From contig CAWIAD010000002.1 of assembly GCA_963833985.1 (NCBI GenBank), positions 3,680,001 through 3,744,000 on the forward strand: a stretch of 64,000 nucleotides of DNA, read 5' to 3'. This DNA comes from an uncultured Planctomycetaceae bacterium (GTDB taxonomy: Bacteria; Planctomycetota; Planctomycetia; Isosphaerales; Isosphaeraceae). Below, one piece after another: positions 32,301 to 42,495 of this stretch. The notes under the pieces were generated by a model that was not told the origin of the DNA, searched no databases, and was given only the letters and a program-made list of their open reading frames with translations. The translations under genes were made by a program, and so were the position numbers. Within the stretch, counting starts at the first letter, position 1. Every line of letters starts with the position of its first letter.

Positions 32301-32837
32301 GCACCTTCAAGGCCAGCCGCACTCGATGCACTCCGGGGCCGTGCAGCCGGGCTTCCCAGAGACCGCCGGGTGTGGCGCAGCTCGAAGAGGTTGGTCACCG
32401 TCACGAGCCTCACCGACGATCGGGCCGTCGATACCCAGCGGCACCCATCTCACCTCCGGCGACAGCAGGTTCAGGACCAGGTCGACTCTCAGCTCGGCGA
32501 GACTCTCGTCCAGGCGCCCCTGGACCTTGATCGCGGACGTCACGTGTTCAGGAGTGGCGGCAATCCCCGTCCCGGGCGGCTGCGCAGCCGGCGGCAGACT
32601 CCCTGGCGGAGGTCTCGTGATGATCAGATCGGGCTGCTTGATCTGCTTCAAGAAATCGCCCAGGTCGGTGCCGTTCTTCAGGATCACCACCTCGCGCGGC
32701 CAGGTGTCGGCAGTCCCGGCACTTTTCCCCTGCGCTTGCTCGCCAGCCGCGGCGCCCTGCCCTGCCGGCGAAGGCGTCTGGGCAAGGGATTCCAGTCCCG
32801 GGGCAAGAAGCAACGCCCCCAGTCCCGCGATCAGCAT
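29351..32837 (-). CDS. Large uncharacterised exported/membrane protein (joined across apparent frameshifts near 32330 and 31620)
   Basis: ORFs 32307..33047, 31489..32331 and 29351..31597; signal peptide MLIAGLGALLLAPGLESLA; three C-terminal TM helices and DDSTAIR tail. Confidence 0.6.
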
Positions 32838-33234
32838 CACGCTGCGATTCAAGTTGCCTGACCCTCTGCAAGACCCGGAGCAGCAGTCTCGAAGTGAAAT
32901 CAGCCCGCGTACAAGATCCGGCCTCGAGCCGTTCATGCAAGAACAGCGAAGAGGGGCGAAAGCGGGCACTGGGCAAGGTGAATCATACCACGATCCACAG
33001 ACCCGTTCCAACGAATGCAACGACCGGGCAAACTGAAAGGGCGGCAACGCTTGCGGACGTCATCATCCGCGTGACGAACACGGCCACCGTGGCAGAGCGT
33101 GCACGGTGGCCGGCTGAGTATCGAGTACAACAGCGCAAGTTCGAGGCCGGAGAAGGCTTGCGAACAGTCAACCAGTCAACCGCTCAACGCACCCTTGGCG
33201 CGTAGCGCGGACCGCTCATGCTTCCTGCCGCCCG

Positions 33235-35203
33235 CTATCCGGCGGCCTTGCGCCTGGCCGCCGCCTTCAGCTCGTTCCTCTCGAGCAGTGACTTCCACGC
33301 GGCGAAGGCCTTCTCCGTCGGATTGTCGGGGTCGTAACCCAGATCATCGCGGCCGGTGATTGTTTCCAGGTTATCCAGCGCAAGCTCACGCACGGCCAGG
33401 GCCTGGTCTCGTGGCGAGAGCAGTTCGACCAGTCTCTGGAAGGTCTCCTTCCGCGCCGTTTCGTCGGCGGAGTAGCCAACCAGCAGCTTCTCGACGACTG
33501 CCGCGGTCGGATCGCCGAACTCTTCACCGAGGCTCGCCCGCAATTGCTTGGTGGCCAGGGGGCCCCGGGCCAGGAACGAGCGCAGGGCCGCAGCCGTGCT
33601 CTGGCGTGCGTCGCGGTCCTTCGCACGCGACAGGAGCGGCGTCACGTAAGAGAGATCGCCGAGGGCCTTGACCGCGAAGATGGCCAGCTTCTTGGTCACC
33701 GGCGAATCGCTCTCGGTGGCCAGCACGGTGTCCTCGATCACCGAGTGATCCTTGGAGAACTGCTCGAGGAACTGTTCGGCCAGCTTGTGCTCCTTGGCGG
33801 AAGGCTCGTTCTCGGTCACCCAGGCGGGCAGGTCACTCCTGGAGAGAGGTTGAAACCGGCCGCCGGGATCAGCCACGGCCGTGCCCGGGCCGGTGACCGT
33901 CTGCTTCGTGCCATCCAGTGCGAGTGTGACCTCGCCTTCCGTCGCATGCGCGGCCAGAGGCGGAAGCTGCGTCCCCCCCCGACCGTACTGCCACTGGCTG
34001 AGACGCTCCAATCCCAGGACGCCCGCCGAGGGGTGATCGATCGTCACCGTCAATCCCGCGAAACCGACCTTGAGTGTGCCCGGCGGTGCCGAGCCGTCGA
34101 TCCGCGCGGCCCTCGCTCAACTCGAAGGCGGGCGGCTCCTGCACGGCCTTGGTTGTCAACACCACCAGGGTCTCCCCGATGAGCGTGATGGGTGTGCGGG
34201 CGATGAGGATTCGAGCGCGGAAGGGTTCCAGACAGAGCAGTCGATCGGACGTGCTCAGGGGTGTACCCTCGGCGATCCGCTCCCACGCCCGCTTCTCCGC
34301 GCTGAACCGCAGCAAGAGCCCATCCACCTTGTCCACGATCCCGATGGATCCCGACGGAACCGCACGCGCGGGGGCAATCGGGGCCGCTTCCCTGGCGGTC
34401 TTCTCGGTGTCGACGCTGCCGGCCGGCTTTGCGACCTCCGGTTCCGCGTCCGTGGTCGCGGAGGGCGCCGGAGCGTTCGCGACCAGGGGGCCTGGGACGG
34501 TATCGCCAGCGTGTGGCTCCGCTTGACCGGGTACAGGGTTCGCCCCTTGCTGCTCTACGGGGTGCGGCGCCTGAGGATTGACAACGGCCACTGGCTGCTG
34601 CACAGGAGTGACCGGTGATGCAGCCGGACGCTCAGGGGTGAGGCTTTGATAAGCCGACCAGCACAGAACTCCAATCAGGAGCAGGCAGCCGGCCAGCGGG
34701 CCGAACCTTTCCACCCAGTGCCGGCTGGGCGGCGGCGGCGCCACCCATGGCTGAATTGGCTCGGTCACCGGAGTGCGGACAGTCTTCTTCGCTCCATCCC
34801 CACGGTGCTTGGGAATCGATTCGCGGCCCTTGACAAGCTGGTACATCCTGGCCTTCGCCTCGTCGGGCACGTGGACCTTCTGGCCCAGCAGGCTGAGGAT
34901 CTGGTGAACGCAGGAAGCTTCCGCCAGGTTGACGTCGGAGCTCAGGCACTTCTTCTCGTATTCGGCGACCTCGTCGGCATCAAGGTCGTTGTCGACATAA
35001 CCCGCAACGACGTTCGGATCCGTCCCGTCCGGCCCGGACCGGCTCGGCACGGTCAGCCTGCGTTGCCGCGTCACTCGATGGATGCGTTCCACCAGCTCCT
35101 GGGCGTAAGGGCTTTCAGCCACCTGCCTGCCGATTTCGCGGACCTGCGTCGGGGGAAGCGTGTCGTCCAGCCAGGCGAGCAAGGTTCGCAGCGTCAGTCG
35201 CAT
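33235..35203 (-). CDS. Conserved planctomycete membrane protein with anti-sigma-like N-terminus (frameshift near 34100)
   Basis: MRLTLRTLLAWLDDTL...DPNVVAGYVDNDLDADEVAEYEKKCL..DVNLAEASCVHQIL, TM helix, Pro-rich linker; continues in ORF 33235..34053 with a helical (HEAT-like) end. Confidence 0.65.
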
Positions 35204-35368
35204 CGCGGAGGTCCTCCCGGGACAGCAGGATGAATCGAGCGAGCAGCCGCGGACGGTACGCCTGCGCCGCACTCGTTTTGGATATATGTGCCTGCTGGCG
35301 CGCCATTCCGTGCGAGATTTTCAAAAAAATGAAATGGGAGCAGCCGGACTGGCGTAGCGAACTTGCCG

Positions 35369-37607
35369 TCAGGACGACCCGCGCAGCCGGTAAAGCCGGA
35401 ACCAGGGATCGTTCTGCCGTGCGCCGTAGAGCGGCTCGAAGAGATCGGGATGAGCGTCCGCCCATGTTCTCTCGATGGGAAATCCCTGGGCGTCGGCCAC
35501 GTTGTGCTGCCCCTCGCCGGGATTGGCACGCGTCACCACGATGAGCTGGATCTTCTGATCACGGAGGTTGGCCAGCCAGGCCTGGAAGTCCGGATGAGCG
35601 CGGTCCCAGCCCGGGCGCGCGTTTGGCCAGGTCGGCGCCTGGCGTGCCACCGCGGCCCTGTGGTAATCGTGCATCAGCCATCCTGGGTGGGCGTCGATGT
35701 TGACGTATCGCACCTCGTTCCGCAGCCCGGTCCCGAAGAGATAGTAAGGGATGTTGGTCCCCGAGTACGCCACCCGCGTCCCCGCTGGTCCCGCACGGCT
35801 CTCCAGTTCCAGCCAGCCGGCGTAGAAGTCGCGAAACGGCGGATAGAAGCGCTGCCTGGAATCGAGCACGGGTGCGCCGGTCTCCAGTGCCCCGAGCGCG
35901 GCAAGGCCCGCAACACCGGCCACGGCCAGTGCGAGACCTGCGCACGGTCACCTCGTGACGCCGTCCATCGGCCTCCCGCCCACGCCGCCAGCAACGACAG
36001 ACTCGCCATACCAAGCGGCAGCAGTATCCCCACGACAGCCCTGGAATCCCATCCCGGGGCCAGCACCCGTGCAAGCCGAGTGGCCAGCGGCAGCGGTGGA
36101 CCCACCGCGTTGGGCACGTACCGGCTCAGATCCCAGGGGATCCCGGAGTCCTCGGCCGCGACTGGCCATGCCTGCGGCGTCAGCAGGTGGAGCCCCAGCA
36201 ACCCCGCCGCGGTCAGGCGCAGCCACCGTCCCCGGTCCAGCAGCCGGCTCAGGGGGATTGCGGCCAGTCCCAGCGACTGGAGCATGAACCGCTGCTGGGT
36301 GCGGTAGGGAATGCAGATCCAGTAGAGCGCGACGTTCAGTACCGCCAGAACCGCCAGCGCCCAGGTCAGCCGGTCTTGCTGCTTTGATCCGCAGCTGCCG
36401 ATTGCCCAGGCACCCGCCAGCGCTGCGATCCAGAGCAGCGCCAGGCGCGGGTCCAGGAGGGCCATCAGCATGTCCACCAGGGCCCCCCCGTCCGACATCG
36501 GCAGGTAGTACACACTGAAGCGCATGGCGTCGCGCCCGTACCAGCCCGTGAGCAGCGACGTTCCGAAGAGCTCCAGGTGCAGCGGATACAGCGGGTTTCC
36601 CGTGATCCGGCAGTTCCGGACGAACCAGAACCCGGTGCTCAAAAACAGGCAGCCCAGCATCAGGCCCGTCGCGGCCGCCATGGCCTTCAGTGCGGGCCGT
36701 TTCCACAGCTGGGCCGCCAGTATCAGCATGAGCAGCGGAGGAACGAAGACGATGCCGACGGGCTTCGTCCCCATTGCGTTTCCCGCGGCAAGGAAGCACA
36801 GCGCCAGTGCGCCGAACCCCGCGCTCTCGTGCAGGCTGCGGAGAAAGAAGGAGACGGCGATGAGGTAAAACGCGACGAAGATCGTGTCGACGTTCGCCTC
36901 GAACGAGAAGATCAGGAGCGGTGTCGACGTGAGGAAACAGCACGTCGCCAGGAGCGCCGCGTTGCGGCCCGCGCCAGCGCGCGGGCGATCCGGTGGACCG
37001 CCATTGCCGCCAGCAGCAGAAAGGGCGCCTGCCCGACTCTGGCCAGGCGGTCGCCTCCCCAGGCGGCCATCAGCCAGGTGAACCAGAGATCGCCATTGGC
37101 GGGAAAATAGGTTGCGGCGCTCTCACCGAACGGTGCCGGGACCAGAAACAACCTCCCGGCCTTCCACCACTGGACGGCGAAGTAAAGATGATAGATCGGG
37201 CCGTCGCTCACCACCTTCACCGGCAGGAGGAGCGACTGCATCGCCAGTTCGGCCGCGACCCAGAGCACCAGAGCGATCGCGATCAGCGTCTCGCATCGCA
37301 GCTTCTCCGGCTCCGCTGCACGCCCGCAGGTCGCGATTCCGGCCGCTGCCGGGCCCAAGGCACGCCACCGCCACCGTGCCGCCAGGCCGGCAACGAAGAG
37401 CAGCCCCATCCAGATCGCGAGCGGCTCGATCGTCAGCCAGCCGGCAGAACCCAGGAGCTCCAGCCCGAGCAGGCACCAGGTGAAGGCAAGGGTCGTGGAA
37501 GCCAGGACGCAGTCCAGCACGCGCGCCTGGCCGAACCCGTATGCGGCCAGCCACCATGCGCCTGAGAACAATAACCCGTTCGCCAGCAAACCAAGCCAGA
37601 CGGCCAT
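35369..37607 (-). CDS. Multi-TM membrane protein, GT-C/ArnT-like (frameshifts near 36965 and 35930)
   Basis: SDGPIYHLYFAVQW, YFPANGDLW, GTKPVG, WFVRN..TGNPLYP, QQRF motifs typical of GT-C fold membrane transferases. Confidence 0.6.
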
Positions 37608-37739
37608 GCGCGTCAGCGATCTCCCCGGAATCCGCTGGGACCCGAGCTGATTGTACCCGCTGATCGAGCCGCGGCGCACGGTTCAACACTCGCGACACGG
37701 CTCATGGCCGTGGCAGGCAGGCGCCCATGATGAACGCGA

Positions 37740-38891
37740 TCATGCCGGAACGGAAGCAGCCAGATCGCGTCCGCAGAGGCGGGAACCGGTCGACCATCGG
37801 CCCGCCTCCCGGATGACCTCGTGGTACAGGGTGTCGCGCTCGACCGGCACGCGACCGGCCTCCCGGATCAGGCGGCGGATCTCCTCGGCGGTGGCTTCCT
37901 GGGGCGTCTCCGCCCCGGCGTCGTGATAGATCTTCTCGTGCACGACGGTCCCATCCAGATCGTCGGCACCAAAGGACAGGGCCACCTGGGCGGTCTTCAG
38001 GCCCAGCATCACCCAGTAGGCCTTGATGTGCGGGAAGTTATCGAGCATGAGCCGGCTGATGGCCATGGTTTTCAGGTCCATGAGTCCCGAAGGTTTGGGA
38101 ATGTGAGCCATCTCGGAGTTGTCCGGATGGAAGGCCAGCGGAATGAAGGTCTGGAAACCCCCCGTCTCATCCTGGAGCTCGCGCAGGCGGATCAGGTGGT
38201 CGATCCGGTGCACCGGTCCATCGATGTGGCCGTACAGCATGGTGGCGTTGGAGTGCAAGCCGAGCCGGTGGGCCGTGCGATGTACGTCCAGCCATTCCTC
38301 GGTGGACGCCTTGGCGCCGCAGATCCGCTCACGCACCTCCGGATGGAAGATCTCCGCACCGCCGCCCGGCAGGCTGCCCAGCCCGGCGTCGATCAACTGC
38401 CGGAGCACCTGCTCGACGGAGAGCCTCGCAATCCTGGCGAAGAACTGGATCTCCACCGCGGTGTACGCCTTGACGTGAATCTCCGGGGCGGTCTCTTTGA
38501 TCCACCGCACCACGTCCACGTAATAACTGAAAGGAAGCTTGTGATGAAGCCCGCCGACAATGTGCAGCTCGGTGGCCCCGCGGTCGTGCGCCTGCCTGGC
38601 CCGCTCGACCACGGCCTCCCGCTCCATCACGTACGCCTTCGCGTCGTTCAGGTCCGCACGGAAGGCGCAAAAATCGCAGGTGTACACGCACACGTTTGTC
38701 GGGTTGATGTGCGTGTTCACGTTGTAGTAACCCAGATTGCCGTTGTAACGTTCGCGCACCATGTTGGCGAGCGCTCCCAGCGCGAACAGGTCGGAGGATG
38801 CCTCGAGCGCCAGGCCGTCCTCGAACGTCAACCGGGCCGCGGCCTCCACCTTTTCCCGAATGGTGCTCAGATCGGTTCCCTCGCTGGGCAT
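37740..38891 (-). CDS. mqnE: Aminofutalosine synthase MqnE (radical SAM)
   Basis: NTHINPTNVCVYTCDFCAF, GLGSLPGGGAEIF, SNATMLYGH, FIPLAFHP, NFPHIKAYW, FGADDLDGTV.HEKIYH.AGA. Confidence 0.93.
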   Translation of the reverse strand: MPSEGTDLSTIREKVEAAARLTFEDGLALEASSDLFALGALANMVRERYNGNLGYYNVNTHINPTNVCVYTCDFCAFRADLNDAKAYVMEREAVVERARQAHDRGATELHIVGGLHHKLPFSYYVDVVRWIKETAPEIHVKAYTAVEIQFFARIARLSVEQVLRQLIDAGLGSLPGGGAEIFHPEVRERICGAKASTEEWLDVHRTAHRLGLHSNATMLYGHIDGPVHRIDHLIRLRELQDETGGFQTFIPLAFHPDNSEMAHIPKPSGLMDLKTMAISRLMLDNFPHIKAYWVMLGLKTAQVALSFGADDLDGTVVHEKIYHDAGAETPQEATAEEIRRLIREAGRVPVERDTLYHEVIREAGRWSTGSRLCGRDLAASVPA

Positions 38892-39015
38892 CGCTGCTCC
38901 CTTCCCCGTGCGTTGCTCACGAGCCGGTCCGCCGGCCAGTGACGCGATTCTGGCTTGTTCAACCCCGACGCAGCCCACATCTTTTTTGAAATTTTAGTCG
39001 AATTTGAAGGCTCCA

Positions 39016-39933
39016 TCAACCTGCGGCGAAGGGATGCAGCCCAAGGCCCGGAGCGAACGCCTCAGCGATCAGGTCCGCAACACCGAATAACAGCAGGCCC
39101 ATGCTGATGATCACGTTGACGTGGAAGAAGGCAAGGTTCACGCGCGTCAGGTCGTCCGGCCGCACCAGCGTGTGCTCGTAGAAGAGCAGCGCGGCAACCG
39201 CGACGATCCCCAGCGCGAAGATGAGGCCCAGGGGATAGGAGAGTTCCAGTCCAATCAGGCACACAATCATCACCGCATGGCAAAGGGCGGCCAGGCGGAG
39301 GGCACCCGGAATACCCAGCCGTCGCGGAATACTCTGGAGGCCGGCCTGGGTATCGAACGCGACGTCCTGGCAAGCATAGATGATATCAAAGCCGGAAACC
39401 CAGCAAAGGACGCCCAGCGCCAGCAGCAGCGGTGGCCACGCAAGGGTTCCGCGGATGGCGATCCATGCCGCGATTGGTGCCAGGCTGAGCGAGGCTCCCA
39501 GCCAGAAATGAGCAAGTGCGGTGAACCTTTTGGTGTAGGAGTAACCGAGCAGCCAGAGCAGGACCGGTACGGCCAGCAGCAGGGGCAGGCGGTTGGGCAA
39601 GAACAGCAAGGTCGACGCCAGAAATGCAATCGCGGAAATGCAGGTGAAGAGCAGGACCGAGCCGGCCGAGAGCCGCCCGGCTGGCAAGTGGCGGCTGGCA
39701 GTTCGCGGGTTCAGCGCGTCGAACTCTCGATCCACCAGCCGGTTGAAGGCCATGGCGGCGGTCCGCGCCGTGGCCATGCAGAGGAGAATGCCGGCCCAGT
39801 CCTGGGGACGTCCCCGCCAGCCCTCAGCGCTGTGCGCCGCGAGCGCTCCGCCCAGCAGGGCGAACGGCAACGCGAAAAGGGTGTGGTGGAACTTGACGAG
39901 GTCCAGGTACTCGCGCGCGATCGCGGTGCTCAC
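39016..39933 (-). CDS. ubiA: UbiA-family polyprenyltransferase (MqnP-type, futalosine pathway)
   Basis: VKFHHTLFALPFA, ARTAAMAFNRLVDREFDALNPRT..RHLP, YSYTKRFT, GFDIIYACQD. Confidence 0.92.
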   Translation of the reverse strand: MSTAIAREYLDLVKFHHTLFALPFALLGGALAAHSAEGWRGRPQDWAGILLCMATARTAAMAFNRLVDREFDALNPRTASRHLPAGRLSAGSVLLFTCISAIAFLASTLLFLPNRLPLLLAVPVLLWLLGYSYTKRFTALAHFWLGASLSLAPIAAWIAIRGTLAWPPLLLALGVLCWVSGFDIIYACQDVAFDTQAGLQSIPRRLGIPGALRLAALCHAVMIVCLIGLELSYPLGLIFALGIVAVAALLFYEHTLVRPDDLTRVNLAFFHVNVIISMGLLLFGVADLIAEAFAPGLGLHPFAAG

Positions 39934-40613
39934 GGGCTCAGGCCTCCGGATCTCTGAACGCTGGGATCGGCGCCCTCATCGCCCGGGCGTTCCCCGCCCC
40001 ACCGTGCGATCAGGGAATTGCGGATTCCGAGCTGATCGCAGATCCGGCCGACGATGAAATCGACGAGGTCGTCCAGCGTGCTCGGGCGGTGATACCAGCC
40101 GGGCATGGCGGGCAACACAACGGCCCCCGCCCGTGTGACTTGGAGCATGTTTTCCAGGTGAATCAACGAGAGCGGGGTTTCGCGCGGCACCAGGATCAGC
40201 TTCCGCCGTTCCTTGAGATGGACGTCGGCCGCGCGCGTGATCAGGTTGGAAGTCACGCCGTGCGCGATGGCCCCCAGGGTGCTCATGCTGCACGGGATGA
40301 CCACCATGCCGCCGGTGAGGAACGAGCCGCTGGCGATCCCTGCCATGAACTCCGCATGGTGATGGTAGATCAGCTTGCCCGGGGCGAGCTCACCGAAGGC
40401 CGATGCATCGAACCGCTTCAGCGACAGCGCGATCCCGGTTTCCTGGAGGAGCACCTGCACGGCACTCGGGCTGGCCGTGAAGTGGATGGTCCGACCCAGG
40501 CGGCCCAGCGCGTGGAGCAGCCGCACCGCATAGGGTGCGCCGCTGGCCCCGGTCATGGCAACGACCAGGTCCGGTGAGCGCGCCTCGGTGCTGGCGGTAG
40601 GTTCCGGGCTCAT
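39930..40613 (-). CDS. ubiX: Flavin prenyltransferase UbiX
   Basis: VAMTGASGAPYA, IASGS, PCSMSTL, RAADVHLKERRKLILVPRETP, PAMPGWYH.P. Confidence 0.95.
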   Translation of the reverse strand: MSPEPTASTEARSPDLVVAMTGASGAPYAVRLLHALGRLGRTIHFTASPSAVQVLLQETGIALSLKRFDASAFGELAPGKLIYHHHAEFMAGIASGSFLTGGMVVIPCSMSTLGAIAHGVTSNLITRAADVHLKERRKLILVPRETPLSLIHLENMLQVTRAGAVVLPAMPGWYHRPSTLDDLVDFIVGRICDQLGIRNSLIARWGGERPGDEGADPSVQRSGGLSP

Positions 40614-41455
40614 CGCACAGGCTCCGGGCCACGGCTTCCGGCGTCCGTTGCTCCAGCCGGCTTGGTGCCCACGTAGAGCGTGGCGATCCCGAATGTCAGG
40701 GGATACATCCTCAGGTCCACGAGCCCGCGTGATCCCAGCAGGTCGAGCAGCTCCTGGCCGTCGGGGAAGTTCATCACCGTTTCCGGCAGGTAATGGTAGG
40801 CCTGGTCCGGGTTGGGCGCAATGGCCTGGCCAATACGCGGCAGCACCCGCCGGAAGAACGCGCGGTAGAGCCGTCCCACGAGACATCCCCGGGGCCTCGA
40901 GAACTCCAGGACGGCCACCTTCCCACCTGGCCGCGCGGCGCGGATCATCTCGTCGATTCCGGTGACCGTGTCGCGCACGTTCCGCAGGCCGAAGGCAACG
41001 CTCACCACTCCGAAGGTGTTGCTGGGCACAGGGAGGCGCTGAGTGTCGCCCTCGACCAGGACGACCCGTGCCGAGGCGTCCCGCCGGCGCACCTTACGCT
41101 CGCCGAGAACGAGCATTTCGCGGCAGAAGTCGGTGCCGACCACGAGACTTCGTCCGCGACCTGCCCGATCATAGGCCAGTGCCAGGTCGGCTGTTCCCGT
41201 GCAGCAATCGAGGACCGGGACGCCCGGTTCGGGAGGGACCTTGCGGGTGGTCAGGCGCCGCCATGAGCGGTCGATGTTCAGGCTCAACAGGTGGTTCAGC
41301 AGGTCGTACCGCGCGGCGATCGACGCGAACATCCTCCGCACCCGCCGGTCGGACTTGTCGACCCGGTCCGGGGCAAGTGCCGAGGAGGTCTCGCCGCGAT
41401 CACGCGGAGCCTGCGGAAAACCAGTAGCAGCAGCGTTCGTGCCATGTCCGGACAT
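40610..41455 (-). CDS. ubiE: Demethylmenaquinone methyltransferase UbiE/MenG
   Basis: MFASIAARYDLLNHLLSLNIDRSWR, VLDCCTGTADLA, SVAFGLRNV, PGGKVAVLEFS. Confidence 0.95.
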   Translation of the reverse strand: MSGHGTNAAATGFPQAPRDRGETSSALAPDRVDKSDRRVRRMFASIAARYDLLNHLLSLNIDRSWRRLTTRKVPPEPGVPVLDCCTGTADLALAYDRAGRGRSLVVGTDFCREMLVLGERKVRRRDASARVVLVEGDTQRLPVPSNTFGVVSVAFGLRNVRDTVTGIDEMIRAARPGGKVAVLEFSRPRGCLVGRLYRAFFRRVLPRIGQAIAPNPDQAYHYLPETVMNFPDGQELLDLLGSRGLVDLRMYPLTFGIATLYVGTKPAGATDAGSRGPEPVR

Positions 41456-41896
41456 GCCGCGAGTTCTCGACTGGGCGGTGCACAGAAAGGGTTATTGTGA
41501 TCCGGGAGACGGCCTGGCGGCAAGGCGAGAGGCCGTTTCGCAACGCTTTCTCCGCAGCCGCGCCCGCACGATCCGACCGCCGGGTGACGCGGGTCTCTGG
41601 ATCTGCCTCGGTGGGGCTCTCCACCCCTGGAAATGATTCGCACACCATAGAGACCAAGACATCTCGAATAATAGGCTGGGTTTTTTTCGGATTTCCTATT
41701 TTTTTTCCCCTGCTTCCTGATACACTTACAGCGGTTGGTCTGACGACTGAGTGAGCATGTCGGTTTCTCGTTGAACCGTCTTCGGCTTCCCGCTCTCGCC
41801 TTTCCCACCTCCTGGGCGCAACTGTGTGCCCCTTTCTCTTCGACCCAGAAAGCGTCTAAAGGGGTCGGATGCTCTTTGCCACATGGGAGATGTCTT

Positions 41897-42283
41897 GTGG
41901 GAAAGAAACTGTACGTTGGCAATTTGACCTATTCGGTGACTTCATCCGACCTTGAGGGGTGGTTCGCCCAGTTCGGGACGGTGCAGAGCGCACAAGTCAT
42001 CCAGGACCGGGACACCGGGCGGAGCAAAGGCTTTGGGTTCGTGGAGATGGATACCGAGGCGGAAGCTCAGGCAGCCATCCAGGGACTGCATGACCAGGAG
42101 TATGAGGGCCGCCGGCTGACCGTGAACGAGGCCAAGCCGCGCGAGCCGCGGAGTGGTGGCGGTGGCTACGGCGGCGGTGGCGGTGGCGGCGGTCGCTCCG
42201 GCGGCGGCGGCGGCGGCCGGGGCTACGGCGGTGGCGGCGGTGGCGGCTACGGCGGTGGTGGCGGCGGCCGCGGGCGCTATTGA
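41897..42283 (+). CDS. RRM-domain RNA-binding protein with Gly-rich tail
   Basis: GTG start; KLYVGNL (RNP2), RSKGFGFVEM (RNP1), LTVNEAKPRE, poly-Gly tail. Confidence 0.95.
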   Translation: MGKKLYVGNLTYSVTSSDLEGWFAQFGTVQSAQVIQDRDTGRSKGFGFVEMDTEAEAQAAIQGLHDQEYEGRRLTVNEAKPREPRSGGGGYGGGGGGGGRSGGGGGGRGYGGGGGGGYGGGGGGRGRY

Positions 42284-42312
42284 GCTCCCGATCCCCGCTT
42301 GCAGGTTCTACC

Positions 42313-42340
42313 AGGGAGCCCGGAAGCAACCGGGCTCCCT
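42313..42340 (+). terminator. Perfect 11-bp hairpin after the RRM gene
   Basis: AGGGAGCCCGG-AAGCAA-CCGGGCTCCCT. Confidence 0.6.
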
Positions 42341-42495
42341 ACCAAGATTTTGATCGCGCGGATGAACAGATTTGTTCGCGCGGATGATCCGGCGTTCCTG
42401 GTCCGTGGCCAGGTGCGCTCGGCGTCTGCCCATCATCAAGTTCGACCGCACTTCAGCTTTGTTGGACGTCGAACGCACGAGAGCAAGGATGCTCG

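Noticed and set aside
42152..42280. GGC/GGT tandem repeats
   Set aside because: Simply encode the Gly-rich tail of the RRM protein.
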